Notes: generated by a model not told the origin, from the sequence alone. Shown: positions 26,312-35,460, counted from the first letter of the stretch. The stretch is DNA of 64,000 bases from an uncultured Clostridia bacterium (GCA_937892115.1 CALAUI010000018.1:1533-65532); one strand, 5' to 3'. Numbers and translations are program-made.

Positions 26312-27502
26312 ATGGAAAGAAAAGTAGGCACAATCTCCAGAGGAATTCGTTGCCCTATCATTCGTCAGGGCGATGATCTCCCCGCAATCGTAGCAAGCAG
26401 CGTAATTGAAGCTGCACAGAGTGAGGGCTTTGAGCTTCGTGACAAGGACGTAGTCGCAGTTACCGAGTCCATCGTTGCAAGAAGCCAGGGAAACTATGCA
26501 TCAGTTGAAAACATTGCCGCAGACGTAAAGGCAAAGCTCGGCGGCGGTACAATCGGTGTTATCCTTCCCATACTTTCCAGAAACCGTTTTGCAATCTGCC
26601 TTAAGGGTATTGCAATGGGTGCAAAGAAAGTCGTACTCATGCTCAGCTATCCCAGTGACGAAGTAGGCAATGCCCTGCTCACCTACGACCAGCTTGACGA
26701 AGCAGGCATCAATCCTTACAGCGACGTGCTCACACTTGAAAAGTATCGCGAGCTTTTCGGTGAAAACATTCACGAATTCACGGGCGTTGACTATGTAGCA
26801 TATTACTCAGACGTTATCAAGTCTGCCGGTGCAGAGGTAGAGATTATTTTTGCAAACAACCCCAGAGTAATCCTTGACTACACGGACTGCGTTCTTACCT
26901 GCGACATTCATACAAGAGCAAGAACAAAGAGAATCCTCAAAGCAGCAGGTGCAAAAATCGTTTGCGGCCTTGACGACATTATGACCGCACCGGTTGACGG
27001 CAGCGGCTTCAACGCCGACTACGGTCTTCTCGGCTCAAATAAATCCACCGAAGATACAATCAAGCTTTTCCCCAAGGATTGCGATGCATTCGTAAAGGCA
27101 ACCCAGAAGCTCCTTGTTGAAGCAACCGGCAAAAACATTGAGGTTATGGTTTACGGCGACGGCGCATTCAAAGATCCTCAGGGTAAAATCTGGGAGCTTG
27201 CAGACCCCGTTGTTTCTCCCGGTTACACAGACGGTCTTTGCGGTACACCCAACGAGCTCAAGCTCAAGTACCTTGCAGATAACGATTTCAAAGGCCTTTC
27301 GGGTGACGAACTCAAAGAGGCAATTTCAAAGAAGATTTCCGAGAAGTCAGGCAGTCTCGTAGGCAATATGGCTTCCCAGGGTACTACCCCCAGAAAGTAT
27401 ACGGATCTTATCGGTTCACTCTGTGACCTTACCAGCGGCTCAGGTGACAAGGGTACGCCCGTTGTACTTATTCAGGGTTACTTTGACAACTATACCAACT
27501 GA
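26312..27502 (+). CDS. CofE-like (F420-0:gamma-glutamyl ligase family, PF01996-type) protein, long ~396-aa form
   Basis: The N-terminal pattern GIRCPIIRQGDDL..I.........GFEL.D.DVVAVTESIVARSQGN is typical of the F420-ligase fold. Start set at ATG 26312 (9 nt after GAAAGGA). Confidence 0.65.
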   Translation: MERKVGTISRGIRCPIIRQGDDLPAIVASSVIEAAQSEGFELRDKDVVAVTESIVARSQGNYASVENIAADVKAKLGGGTIGVILPILSRNRFAICLKGIAMGAKKVVLMLSYPSDEVGNALLTYDQLDEAGINPYSDVLTLEKYRELFGENIHEFTGVDYVAYYSDVIKSAGAEVEIIFANNPRVILDYTDCVLTCDIHTRARTKRILKAAGAKIVCGLDDIMTAPVDGSGFNADYGLLGSNKSTEDTIKLFPKDCDAFVKATQKLLVEATGKNIEVMVYGDGAFKDPQGKIWELADPVVSPGYTDGLCGTPNELKLKYLADNDFKGLSGDELKEAISKKISEKSGSLVGNMASQGTTPRKYTDLIGSLCDLTSGSGDKGTPVVLIQGYFDNYTN

Positions 27503-27518
27503 TAAAGGAGAGATAATT

Positions 27519-28499
27519 ATGCAGGGTAACGTAAGACCCGATGATATGATTCGTATCACCACCCCCGAGCTTGCTCAGAAATTCATTGACGAGCAGGTAG
27601 CCGAAATCAAGGCGCAGGTCGGTGACGGCAAGGTCCTCCTGGCTCTCTCCGGCGGTGTTGATTCATCCGTAGTAGCAGCACTTCTCATCAAGGCAATCGG
27701 CAAGCAGCTCACCTGCGTTCACGTTAACCACGGTCTTCTCCGTAAGGGCGAGCCCGAGCAGGTAATCGAAGTATTCGGCAAGCAGCTTGACGCTAACCTT
27801 ATTTACATTGACGCAACAGACAGATTCCTTGATAAGCTTGCAGGCGTTTCCGATCCCGAAACAAAGCGTAAAATCATCGGCAAGGAATTCATTGACGTAT
27901 TCGCCGAGGAAGCTTATAAGCTTGAAGGCGTTAAGTTCCTTGCTCAGGGAACAATCTATCCCGATATCCTTGAAAGCCACGGCGTAAAGGCACATCACAA
28001 CGTAGGCGGTCTTCCCGAGGATCTTGACTTTGAGCTTGTTGAGCCCGTCAAGCTTCTCTTCAAGGACGAAGTAAGAGTTGTAGGCAAAGAGCTCGGTCTT
28101 CCCGACAATATGGTTTACCGTCAGCCCTTCCCCGGCCCCGGTCTCGGTGTCCGCTGTGTCGGTGCAATCACAAGAGACAGACTTGAAGCAGTCCGCGAAA
28201 GCGACGCTATCCTTCGTGAAGAATTTGATATTGCAGGTCTCAACACAAAGGTTTGGCAGTATTTCACGGTAGTTCCTCCCTTTACCTCAACAGGTATCAA
28301 GGACGGCAAGCGTACAGATAACTGGCCCGTAATCATCCGTGCCGTAAACTCCGTAGACGCTACCGCCGCCACTCCCGAGGAAATTCCCTATGAGGTTCTC
28401 TTCAAAATCCGTGACCGTATCTTCAAAGAGGTCAAGGGTGTAAACCGTGTCCTTTATGACATCAGCACAAAGGAACCCGCTACAATCGAATACGAATAA
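27519..28499 (+). CDS. guaA: GMP synthase ATP-pyrophosphatase subunit (GuaA C-terminal half only; no GATase domain)
   Basis: P-loop LSGGVDSS, KAHHNVGGLP, and a dimerisation end YDISTKEPATIEYE. Start at ATG 27519 after AAAGGAGAG, giving 326 aa. The track's upstream extension overlaps the preceding gene. Confidence 0.85.
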   Translation: MQGNVRPDDMIRITTPELAQKFIDEQVAEIKAQVGDGKVLLALSGGVDSSVVAALLIKAIGKQLTCVHVNHGLLRKGEPEQVIEVFGKQLDANLIYIDATDRFLDKLAGVSDPETKRKIIGKEFIDVFAEEAYKLEGVKFLAQGTIYPDILESHGVKAHHNVGGLPEDLDFELVEPVKLLFKDEVRVVGKELGLPDNMVYRQPFPGPGLGVRCVGAITRDRLEAVRESDAILREEFDIAGLNTKVWQYFTVVPPFTSTGIKDGKRTDNWPVIIRAVNSVDATAATPEEIPYEVLFKIRDRIFKEVKGVNRVLYDISTKEPATIEYE

Positions 28500-28524
28500 T
28501 AACGCAAACATTCGAATAAAAATC

Positions 28525-28570
28525 AGCCCCGAAATTGCCTTAATTGACAGCTTCGGGGTTTAATTTTTAT
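28525..28570 (+). terminator. intrinsic terminator after guaA-like gene
   Basis: AGCCCCGAA..(18-nt loop)..TTCGGGGTT followed by TAATTTTTAT. Confidence 0.6.
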
Positions 28571-28665
28571 CTTATAGCCTTTTATAGCGGTATTACCAAA
28601 CGGCAGAGAGAAAATCCAGTCGCCATTTTTAACATAAACTTTTTATGTTATTTTTCAAAACGGTA

Positions 28666-28694
28666 TTGCTATTATTCCAGATATAGAATATAAT
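28666..28694 (+). promoter_or_regulatory. sigma-A-like promoter of the R-M cassette
   Basis: TTGCTA-17 nt-TATAAT. The inverted repeat GATAT-N8-ATATC (28680-28697) overlaps the -10. Confidence 0.5.
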
Positions 28695-28707
28695 ATCAAC
28701 AAAATAT

Positions 28708-29796
28708 ATGACAGGGGCTGAAGTTATGGATTACATGTCTGCAAGAGAAGCTGCTGATAAATGGGGTATTTCTCAGAGACGGGTTGCTGTTCTTTGCTCT
28801 GAAAACAGAATTGACAATGCCACAATGGTCGGCAACATGTGGATTATTCCTACTGCCGCAGAAAAACCTATCGATGCAAGAAGTGTACGTTACGCAAAAA
28901 ACGACGGCAAAAAAGTAAGACCATTTCTAAAATGGGCAGGTGGAAAAGGACAACTTATTTCGGAAATTGAGCAGTATTATCCATTTGATAACGATACAAT
29001 CACAAAATATGCCGAGCCGTTTGTAGGCGGTGGTGCGGTTTTATTCGATATATTGAGTAAGTATGAATTAGAAGAAATATATATTAGTGACATAAATGCT
29101 GAACTTATCAATACATATCGTACGATCAGAGACAACATTGATGAACTCATTGTGATGTTACAAAAAATGCAGAAAGAATTTCTTCCTGCCGAAGCAGAAC
29201 ATCGCAAGGAATATTATTTGACAAAACGTGAACAGTTTAATGATTTGAAAGCCAATGGTGACGCAAGCATAAATATTGAAAAAGCCGCCCTAATGATTTT
29301 CTTGAATAAAACTTGTTTCAACGGTTTATTCCGTGTTAATAAAAAAGGACTTTTCAATGTGCCGATGGGTGCTTATAAGAATCCGTTAATATGTGATGAG
29401 GAAAATCTTAGAGCTGTATCAGAAAAACTTCAAGGCGTAACGATTGTTTGCGGTGACTACAAAGAATCGTCAGAGTTTATTGATGAAAATACATTTGTAT
29501 ATTTTGATCCACCATATAGACCAATTACAGATACAGCGAGTTTTACTGCATACACCGAAAATCTTTTTAGTGATGAAGAACAAATTGAACTTGCACGATT
29601 TGTTGACGATATGAATAGAAAAGGTGCAAAGATCGTCATCAGCAACTCTGATCCTAAAAACACAAATGAAGAAGATGACTTCTTTGACAACATATATGCG
29701 TCTCACAATATAAAACGAGTTGAAGCAACGCGAATGATTAACTGCAATAGTGAAGCAAGAGGAAAAATAAAAGAATTATTGATTAGTAATTTTTAA
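28708..29796 (+). CDS. Dam-family N6-adenine DNA methyltransferase (DpnM/M.MboIA-like, GATC) with an N-terminal HTH domain
   Basis: The core has RPFLKWAGGKGQL, EPFVGGGAV and FDPPY. An extra N-terminal segment of about 65 aa, SAREAADKWGISQRRVAVLCSENRI, looks like an HTH. The start may instead be ATG 28726. Confidence 0.88.
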   Translation: MTGAEVMDYMSAREAADKWGISQRRVAVLCSENRIDNATMVGNMWIIPTAAEKPIDARSVRYAKNDGKKVRPFLKWAGGKGQLISEIEQYYPFDNDTITKYAEPFVGGGAVLFDILSKYELEEIYISDINAELINTYRTIRDNIDELIVMLQKMQKEFLPAEAEHRKEYYLTKREQFNDLKANGDASINIEKAALMIFLNKTCFNGLFRVNKKGLFNVPMGAYKNPLICDEENLRAVSEKLQGVTIVCGDYKESSEFIDENTFVYFDPPYRPITDTASFTAYTENLFSDEEQIELARFVDDMNRKGAKIVISNSDPKNTNEEDDFFDNIYASHNIKRVEATRMINCNSEARGKIKELLISNF

Positions 29797-29867
29797 GTAG
29801 TATTTTTTGCTGTGATGAAACTTCCAAAAATAAACAAGAACAAATTATTGGGTAGAGGTAAATTGTT

Positions 29868-30743
29868 ATGAGAGATTTTAACAGTTGGTTAGCTGGCTTT
29901 CGTGATAGCATTGCGGATTATGAATATTATATAGACTTTGAAAAAGTGTATCGAAATGTTGAAAGTATTAAGGTTGAGCTAAATATTCTTAACTCACTTA
30001 TTGGTTCAAAAAATATCAAAGATGATTTCAAATCTTTAATTGAAAAATATCCAGAGGTTTTGAAATGTATTCCGTTACTTTTGGCTGTCAGAGCTAATGA
30101 AATTTATTGTCAGAATGAGAACGGCGGATATACTTATAGATTTGATTTTGGTAATTATTCTTCAATATCCGATTCTTATTATGAACAGTATTCTTACTTT
30201 ATGGAGAAAACGGGACTATTTGACCTGCTTGAAAATCATATAATCAATAATCTTGTGGACTATGCAACAGGCGTTGAAACCGGACTTGATTCAAACGGTC
30301 GTAAAAACAGAGGCGGTCATTTAATGGAGGATTTGGTTGAAAGCTATATAAACAAAGCAGGATTCATTAAAGATAAAACATATTTTAAGGAAATGTATAT
30401 ACACCAGATTACGGAAAAATGGGGAATAGACCTTTCCGCTATTTCTAACCAAGGAAAAACGGAAAAGCGATTTGACTATGTTGTTAAAACACCGAATATG
30501 ATCTATGGCATTGAAACTAACTTTTATGGAAGTGGTGGAAGTAAGCTCAATGAAACAGCAAGAAGTTATAAAACACTTGCTTTGGAAACGGAAGAAATAG
30601 AAGGATTTACATTTGTATGGTTCACCGACGGAAAAGGTTGGACAAGTGCACGACACAACCTTGAAGAAACGTTTGATATTATGCAGCACGTCTACAATAT
30701 TAAGGATTTGGAAGATGGTGTAATCGGCGAGGTTTTTAAGTAA
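29868..30743 (+). CDS. DpnII/MboI-family type II restriction endonuclease (GATC)
   Basis: Collinear by eye with R.DpnII as I remember it: SIKVELNILNSLIGSKNI, NLVDYATGVETGLDSNGRKNRGG, GSKLNETARSYK. Confidence 0.85.
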   Translation: MRDFNSWLAGFRDSIADYEYYIDFEKVYRNVESIKVELNILNSLIGSKNIKDDFKSLIEKYPEVLKCIPLLLAVRANEIYCQNENGGYTYRFDFGNYSSISDSYYEQYSYFMEKTGLFDLLENHIINNLVDYATGVETGLDSNGRKNRGGHLMEDLVESYINKAGFIKDKTYFKEMYIHQITEKWGIDLSAISNQGKTEKRFDYVVKTPNMIYGIETNFYGSGGSKLNETARSYKTLALETEEIEGFTFVWFTDGKGWTSARHNLEETFDIMQHVYNIKDLEDGVIGEVFK

Positions 30744-31489
30744 TGACCAAAAAAATAAAAAAATGGGAACCTGATGATTTCGAACTTGAAATGACTACTC
30801 ATTGGTCATTTCCAAAGCGCGGTGATTGGGCAACCCATGATGCAAAATGGCGTGGAAATTGGTCGCCATATATTCCAAGAAATGTTTTGCTCCGTTATTC
30901 AAAAGAGAACGATTTGGTTCTTGATCAGTTTGCAGGTGGTGGAACTACCCTTGTAGAAGCAAAATTATTAAACAGAAATATTATTGGCGTAGATGTTAAT
31001 GATGTTGCACTTGAGCGTTGCAAAGAGAAAATAGATTTTGAACACGAAGGTGCAGAGGGAAAGGTGTATCTTTACAAAGGTGATGCAAGAAAACTTGATT
31101 TTATCCCAGATGGCAGTATTGATTTGATTTGTACTCACCCTCCTTATGCCAACATAATTAAATACAGCGAAAATATTGAAGAAGATTTGTCGCTCTTGAA
31201 GGTTAGGGACTTTCTTAAAGAAATGGAAAAGGTTGCAGCAGAGAGTTATCGTGTGCTAAAAAAAGATAAATTTTGTGCTGTTTTAATGGGTGATACAAGA
31301 AAAAACGGATGCATGATTCCAATGTCATTTGATGTTATGCGCATTTTTGAGGAAGCGGGTTTCAAATTAAAGGAGATAATCATTAAAGAACAACATAACT
31401 GCAAAGCTACCGGATATTGGAAAACTAACAGCATAAAATATAACTTTTTGCTTATCGCTCACGAATATCTCTTTGTTTTCAAAAAGTGA
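30743..31489 (+). CDS. second DNA methyltransferase (N6_N4-MTase-like; motif I before motif IV)
   Basis: VLDQFAGGGTT (AdoMet motif I) followed about 70 aa later by CTHPPY (motif IV). The start overlaps the endonuclease stop (TAATG). Confidence 0.75.
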   Translation: MTKKIKKWEPDDFELEMTTHWSFPKRGDWATHDAKWRGNWSPYIPRNVLLRYSKENDLVLDQFAGGGTTLVEAKLLNRNIIGVDVNDVALERCKEKIDFEHEGAEGKVYLYKGDARKLDFIPDGSIDLICTHPPYANIIKYSENIEEDLSLLKVRDFLKEMEKVAAESYRVLKKDKFCAVLMGDTRKNGCMIPMSFDVMRIFEEAGFKLKEIIIKEQHNCKATGYWKTNSIKYNFLLIAHEYLFVFKK

Positions 31490-31576
31490 AAGTAATAGTA
31501 AGTCCGTCAAAATACATTCTTCGTTCAGAATAATAACGACAATCCCCGTATCCCAGGATGCGGTGATTTATCTTTG

Positions 31577-31605
31577 TTGACTGTAATGTCTTTTTCTGTT
31601 AAAAT
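31577..31605 (+). promoter_or_regulatory. sigma-A-like promoter
   Basis: TTGACT-17 nt-TAAAAT. Confidence 0.5.
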
Positions 31606-31641
31606 TACAGGCGAAAATCCATACCGAAGCAAGGTGTAACA

Positions 31642-32715
31642 ATGGACGAAGAAATAAAAAAGGGAAACACCGTCGAAACGGAACAGCCCGTACACAAGCG
31701 CAGGGTCAGATACAGCGGTACTCATCCGAAAAAATACGAAGAGAAATACAAGGAGCTCAATCCCGAAAAATATGCGGGAGATGTGGAGAAGATTATTCAG
31801 AGCGGTAAAACTCCCGCGGGTATGCACATTCCCATTATGGTGAACGAGATACTTGATTTTCTTGATATTCAGCCGGGGCAAATCGGTTACGATGCTACCC
31901 TCGGCTACGGCGGTCACACCTCAAAAATGCTGGAAAAGCTTCAGGGAAGCGGCCATCTCTACGCAACGGACGTAGACCCGATTGAATCCGTAAAGACGGA
32001 AAAGCGGCTTCGTGAAGCGGGCTACGGCGAGGATATATTCACGGTCAAGAGGATAAACTTCCGCAATATTGACACGGTTGCCGATGAAGAATTTGATTTT
32101 GTGCTGGCTGACTTAGGCGTTTCCTCCATGCAGATTGACAATCCCGAAAGGGGCTTTACGTTCAAATACGACGGCCCTCTTGATTTACGGCTTGACCCCA
32201 CAAAGGGCGAAACCGCGGCACAGCGTCTTAAGCAGTTGAGCTATGCGGAAATGGTCGGTATGCTTGAAGAAAATTCAGACGAGCCATACGCCCGTCAGAT
32301 TGCCGCAGCAATTATGAGAGCATACAAAAGCGGAAAGCCCGTTGAGACCACAAAACAGCTTTATGAGATAATAGAAAATGCCCTTTCATTCCTTCCGAAA
32401 AAGGAGAGAAAGGACACGGTCAAAAAATCAAGTCAGCGCGTTTTCCAGGCACTGCGAATTGACATTAACTCCGAATTTGAGGTGCTGTACGAATTCCTTG
32501 AAAAGTTACCCGATGCCGTAAAAAGCGGCGGCAGAATTGCCATACTCACCTTCCATTCGGGAGAGGACAGACTTGTCAAAAAGGCATTCAAGGAAGGTCT
32601 GAAGGAAGGCATATATTCCGATGCGGCAAGGGACGTTATCCGTCCCTCTGCAGAGGAATGTTATAACAACCCCAGAAGCAAAAGCACTAAAATGCGATGG
32701 GCGATAGTTAAGTGA
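31642..32715 (+). CDS. rsmH: RsmH-family 16S rRNA (cytosine-N4) methyltransferase paralogue with N-terminal extension
   Basis: HIPIMVNEIL, DATLGYGGHT, DLGVSSMQID and LTFHSGEDRLVK motifs, plus an extra basic N-terminus of about 60 aa. It is not in a dcw (mraZ-ftsL) context. Confidence 0.75.
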   Translation: MDEEIKKGNTVETEQPVHKRRVRYSGTHPKKYEEKYKELNPEKYAGDVEKIIQSGKTPAGMHIPIMVNEILDFLDIQPGQIGYDATLGYGGHTSKMLEKLQGSGHLYATDVDPIESVKTEKRLREAGYGEDIFTVKRINFRNIDTVADEEFDFVLADLGVSSMQIDNPERGFTFKYDGPLDLRLDPTKGETAAQRLKQLSYAEMVGMLEENSDEPYARQIAAAIMRAYKSGKPVETTKQLYEIIENALSFLPKKERKDTVKKSSQRVFQALRIDINSEFEVLYEFLEKLPDAVKSGGRIAILTFHSGEDRLVKKAFKEGLKEGIYSDAARDVIRPSAEECYNNPRSKSTKMRWAIVK

Positions 32716-32741
32716 CATTGACATATACGATATGAACAAAA

Positions 32742-32770
32742 ACGGGCACTCCTCAGAGTACCCGTTTTTC
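32742..32770. terminator. bidirectional intrinsic terminator
   Basis: ACGGGCACT-cctc-AGTACCCGT (one mismatch) followed by TTTTTC, with an A-run upstream. It sits between convergent genes. Confidence 0.65.
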
Positions 32771-33799
32771 TTATAATCTGTCCGCAAGGGACAAAATCAG
32801 TTTTTCCGTCTTATCCCATCCGAGGCAGGGATCGGTGATGGATTTGCCGTAGACCGTTCCGTCAACGCTCTGACAGCCGTCCTCAATATAGCTTTCAATC
32901 ATAAAGCCCTTGACGAATTTATTGATTTCTCCGTCGGATTTGCAGGACGAAATCACATTTTCGACTATGTCAATCTGTCTGTCGGCATTCTTGCCGGAAT
33001 TGGCGTGGTTGGCGTCGACGATTACCGAGGGATTATTCAGTCCCGATTCGCCGTAAAGTCCGAGCAGCTTTTCAAGGTCGGCTTTTTCATAATTCGAATG
33101 ACTTTTTCCTTCAAGGTCAACGAAGCCGCGCAGAATCGCGTGAGCAAAGGGATTGCCCTTACTTCTGACCTCCCAGCCCCTGTAAATGAAGGTATGACCG
33201 CTCTGGGCTGTATGGATTGCATTCATCATTATTCCCATATCTCCCGACGTGGGATTTTTCATTCCAACGGGAGCATTCAGACCGCTTGAGGTCAGGCGGT
33301 GCTGTTGATTTTCAACAGACCTTGCGCCAACCGCGACGTATGAAAGCAGATCATTCAGATATCTGATATTTTCGGGATAAAGCATTTCGTCTGCACTGCC
33401 GAAGCCGTATTCCGTCAGCACTCTCATATGAAGCTTGCGTATGGCGATAACGCCCTTGATAAGGTCGGGCTTTTCTCCCGGGTCGGGGTAATGAAGCATA
33501 CCCTTATAACCGTTTCCCGTGGTACGCGGTTTGCTTGTATATACACGGGGAATAATCAGGATTTTATCTTTGACCTGCTCCTGAATATCCCTGAGCCGTG
33601 AAACGTAATCAAGGACGGAATCCTCTCTGTCTGCCGAGCAGGGACCCGCAATAAGCAGTTTCCGGCTGTCTTCTCCGGAAAAAATGCTTTTGATTTCTTC
33701 GTCCCGTGATATTTTTATTTCAGCCGCTTCATCCGAAACAGGATACTGTTCTTTTATTTCCTTCGGTATCGGCAGCTTGCCGATAAATTCCATATTCAT
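32771..33799 (-). CDS. 3-deoxy-7-phosphoheptulonate (DAHP) synthase, class I
   Basis: LLIAGPCSADRE, SKPRTTGNGYKG and VGARSVENQ motifs. Confidence 0.88.
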   Translation of the reverse strand: MNMEFIGKLPIPKEIKEQYPVSDEAAEIKISRDEEIKSIFSGEDSRKLLIAGPCSADREDSVLDYVSRLRDIQEQVKDKILIIPRVYTSKPRTTGNGYKGMLHYPDPGEKPDLIKGVIAIRKLHMRVLTEYGFGSADEMLYPENIRYLNDLLSYVAVGARSVENQQHRLTSSGLNAPVGMKNPTSGDMGIMMNAIHTAQSGHTFIYRGWEVRSKGNPFAHAILRGFVDLEGKSHSNYEKADLEKLLGLYGESGLNNPSVIVDANHANSGKNADRQIDIVENVISSCKSDGEINKFVKGFMIESYIEDGCQSVDGTVYGKSITDPCLGWDKTEKLILSLADRL

Positions 33800-33811
33800 A
33801 TTCTTCTCCTG

Positions 33812-35020
33812 TCAAGTGAGAATTTCCGTATTTATTCCGAGTTCCGTCAGCTTTTCAAAGAAATCGGGAAAGCTTTTTGATACCGTTTCGGCGTTTCTTA
33901 TTTCGCCTCCGGTAACACTGCATATAAGCGCCGCCGCCATTACTATACGGTGGTCATTGTGACCGTCAAAGGGCTCCGCGGGAGCGTGAAGCCTGCAGGA
34001 TGATACCTCTGCTGAGCCGTTATCCGCCTTCAGCAGAACGCCCACCTTGGCAAGCTCGTCTGCCATGGCTTTTATCCTGTCACTTTCCTTTATTCTCAGC
34101 CGCGTTACTCCCGTAAATCTGCCGCCTTTATTCAGTGCCGCAACAGCAAAAAGAATGGGGCCCAGATCGGGGCAGCCGCTTATATCAACGGTTTTGTTTC
34201 CGTTTTTTACCTTATCAAAAAGAAAGGGATAAACGCTGTCCGGCTGAGGATATTCATTATCCGGATTGGTGATTTTGACCCTTCCGCCCACGGTATTGAA
34301 TGCCTCAAGGTAAGCCGCCGAGGAGCTGTCACCCTTTACCCTCAGAAATACGGGATTATATTTAATATTACCTTTTACGGTAAAATCGTTTTCGTTCCTT
34401 TCAATCTCCGCCCCGAAGCGGGAAAGCACATTAACCGTCATATCGGTATAGAAAGCACTTTCAAAGGGCGGTGTCACTCTGACGGTACTGTCCCCCGACA
34501 GCAGAGGCAAGGTCATCAGCAGTCCGCTTATGAACTGACTGCTTATATTGCCCGGTACCGAAAATTCACCGCATTCAAGAGGTCCCTTAACCGTAAGCGA
34601 TTTGCCCTCTCTGATAAACGTCAGCCCTTTTTCCCTGCAGACATTCTCATAGACATCAAGAGGTCTTGTGCTGAGAGAATCACCGGTTTCAAGCCGGAAT
34701 TCCCTGCCCGAAGCAAGCAGGACGGGAATGAGAAATCTCAGCGTTGAGCCGCTGTCACCGCAGTTGAGGGTTTCTTTATTATTCAGTTCCCCGATTTTAA
34801 TTCCTCTGACAAGGGCATTGCCGTTTTCAATACGGATTGTCGCCCCCATGTCTTTAAGACATCTGACCGTCGCCTTTACGTCGTCACTTTCACCGATATT
34901 TTCAATCACGCTTTCTCCGTCTGAAAGTGAAGCGCAGATAAGCATACGGTGAGCAAGACTTTTTGAAGGCGGTGCTTCCACCCTGCCGTTTGCCGAAGAA
35001 GGTTTGATTTTAACCGTCAT
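33812..35020 (-). CDS. aroA: 3-phosphoshikimate 1-carboxyvinyltransferase (EPSP synthase)
   Basis: PPSKSLAHR, LNCGDSGSTLRFL and DHRIVMA motifs. 402 aa. Confidence 0.9.
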   Translation of the reverse strand: MTVKIKPSSANGRVEAPPSKSLAHRMLICASLSDGESVIENIGESDDVKATVRCLKDMGATIRIENGNALVRGIKIGELNNKETLNCGDSGSTLRFLIPVLLASGREFRLETGDSLSTRPLDVYENVCREKGLTFIREGKSLTVKGPLECGEFSVPGNISSQFISGLLMTLPLLSGDSTVRVTPPFESAFYTDMTVNVLSRFGAEIERNENDFTVKGNIKYNPVFLRVKGDSSSAAYLEAFNTVGGRVKITNPDNEYPQPDSVYPFLFDKVKNGNKTVDISGCPDLGPILFAVAALNKGGRFTGVTRLRIKESDRIKAMADELAKVGVLLKADNGSAEVSSCRLHAPAEPFDGHNDHRIVMAAALICSVTGGEIRNAETVSKSFPDFFEKLTELGINTEILT

Positions 35021-35460
35021 CTGTTTTCCTCAATATAATCAATAAGCTTATCTATTGCCTCGTTATAGCCCTCAAATCCTTTGCCCGATACAGTACATAC
35101 GCAGGCATCCCTGACAAAGCTGATTTTCCTGTAATCCTCCCTGCCGTTTACATCTGAAATATGCACCTCTGCGGCAGGCAGATTTACCCCTTTGAGAGCA
35201 TCGCCGATGGCAACGCTTGTATGGGTATAGCCGCCCGGATTGATTACGACAGCATCAAAGTGAGAGAAATACGCTTCATGGATTTTGTCAATAATATCTC
35301 CCTCGTGATTTGACTGATAAAATTCGGGTGTGATTCCTCTTTTTTCGCAGTGAAGCCCTATCATTTCAATTAAATCGGCGTAAGTTTTATTGCCGTAGAT
35401 TTCGGGCTCGCGGATTCCCAGCAAATTGAGATTGGGACCGTTTATTATCATGAATTTCAT
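35017..35460 (-). CDS. aroQ: type II 3-dehydroquinate dehydratase
   Basis: INGPNLNLLGIREPEIYG, SNHEGDIID and INPGGYTHTS motifs. It overlaps both neighbours by 4 nt. Confidence 0.92.
   Translation of the reverse strand: MKFMIINGPNLNLLGIREPEIYGNKTYADLIEMIGLHCEKRGITPEFYQSNHEGDIIDKIHEAYFSHFDAVVINPGGYTHTSVAIGDALKGVNLPAAEVHISDVNGREDYRKISFVRDACVCTVSGKGFEGYNEAIDKLIDYIEENR

Larger units (their letters stand above)
28576..31560. other. AT-rich genomic islet carrying a type II GATC restriction-modification cassette
   Basis: Base composition and codon usage are visibly more AT-rich than both flanks. It contains only the three R-M genes, with no integrase or long flanking repeats. Confidence 0.6.

Noticed and set aside
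28561-31580. A mobile-element interpretation of the R-M islet (target-site duplication TTTATCTT seen near both edges).
   Set aside because: It is only an 8-mer in AT-rich DNA. There is no integrase, transposase or inverted terminal repeats. I call it an islet of probable foreign origin, not a defined mobile element.
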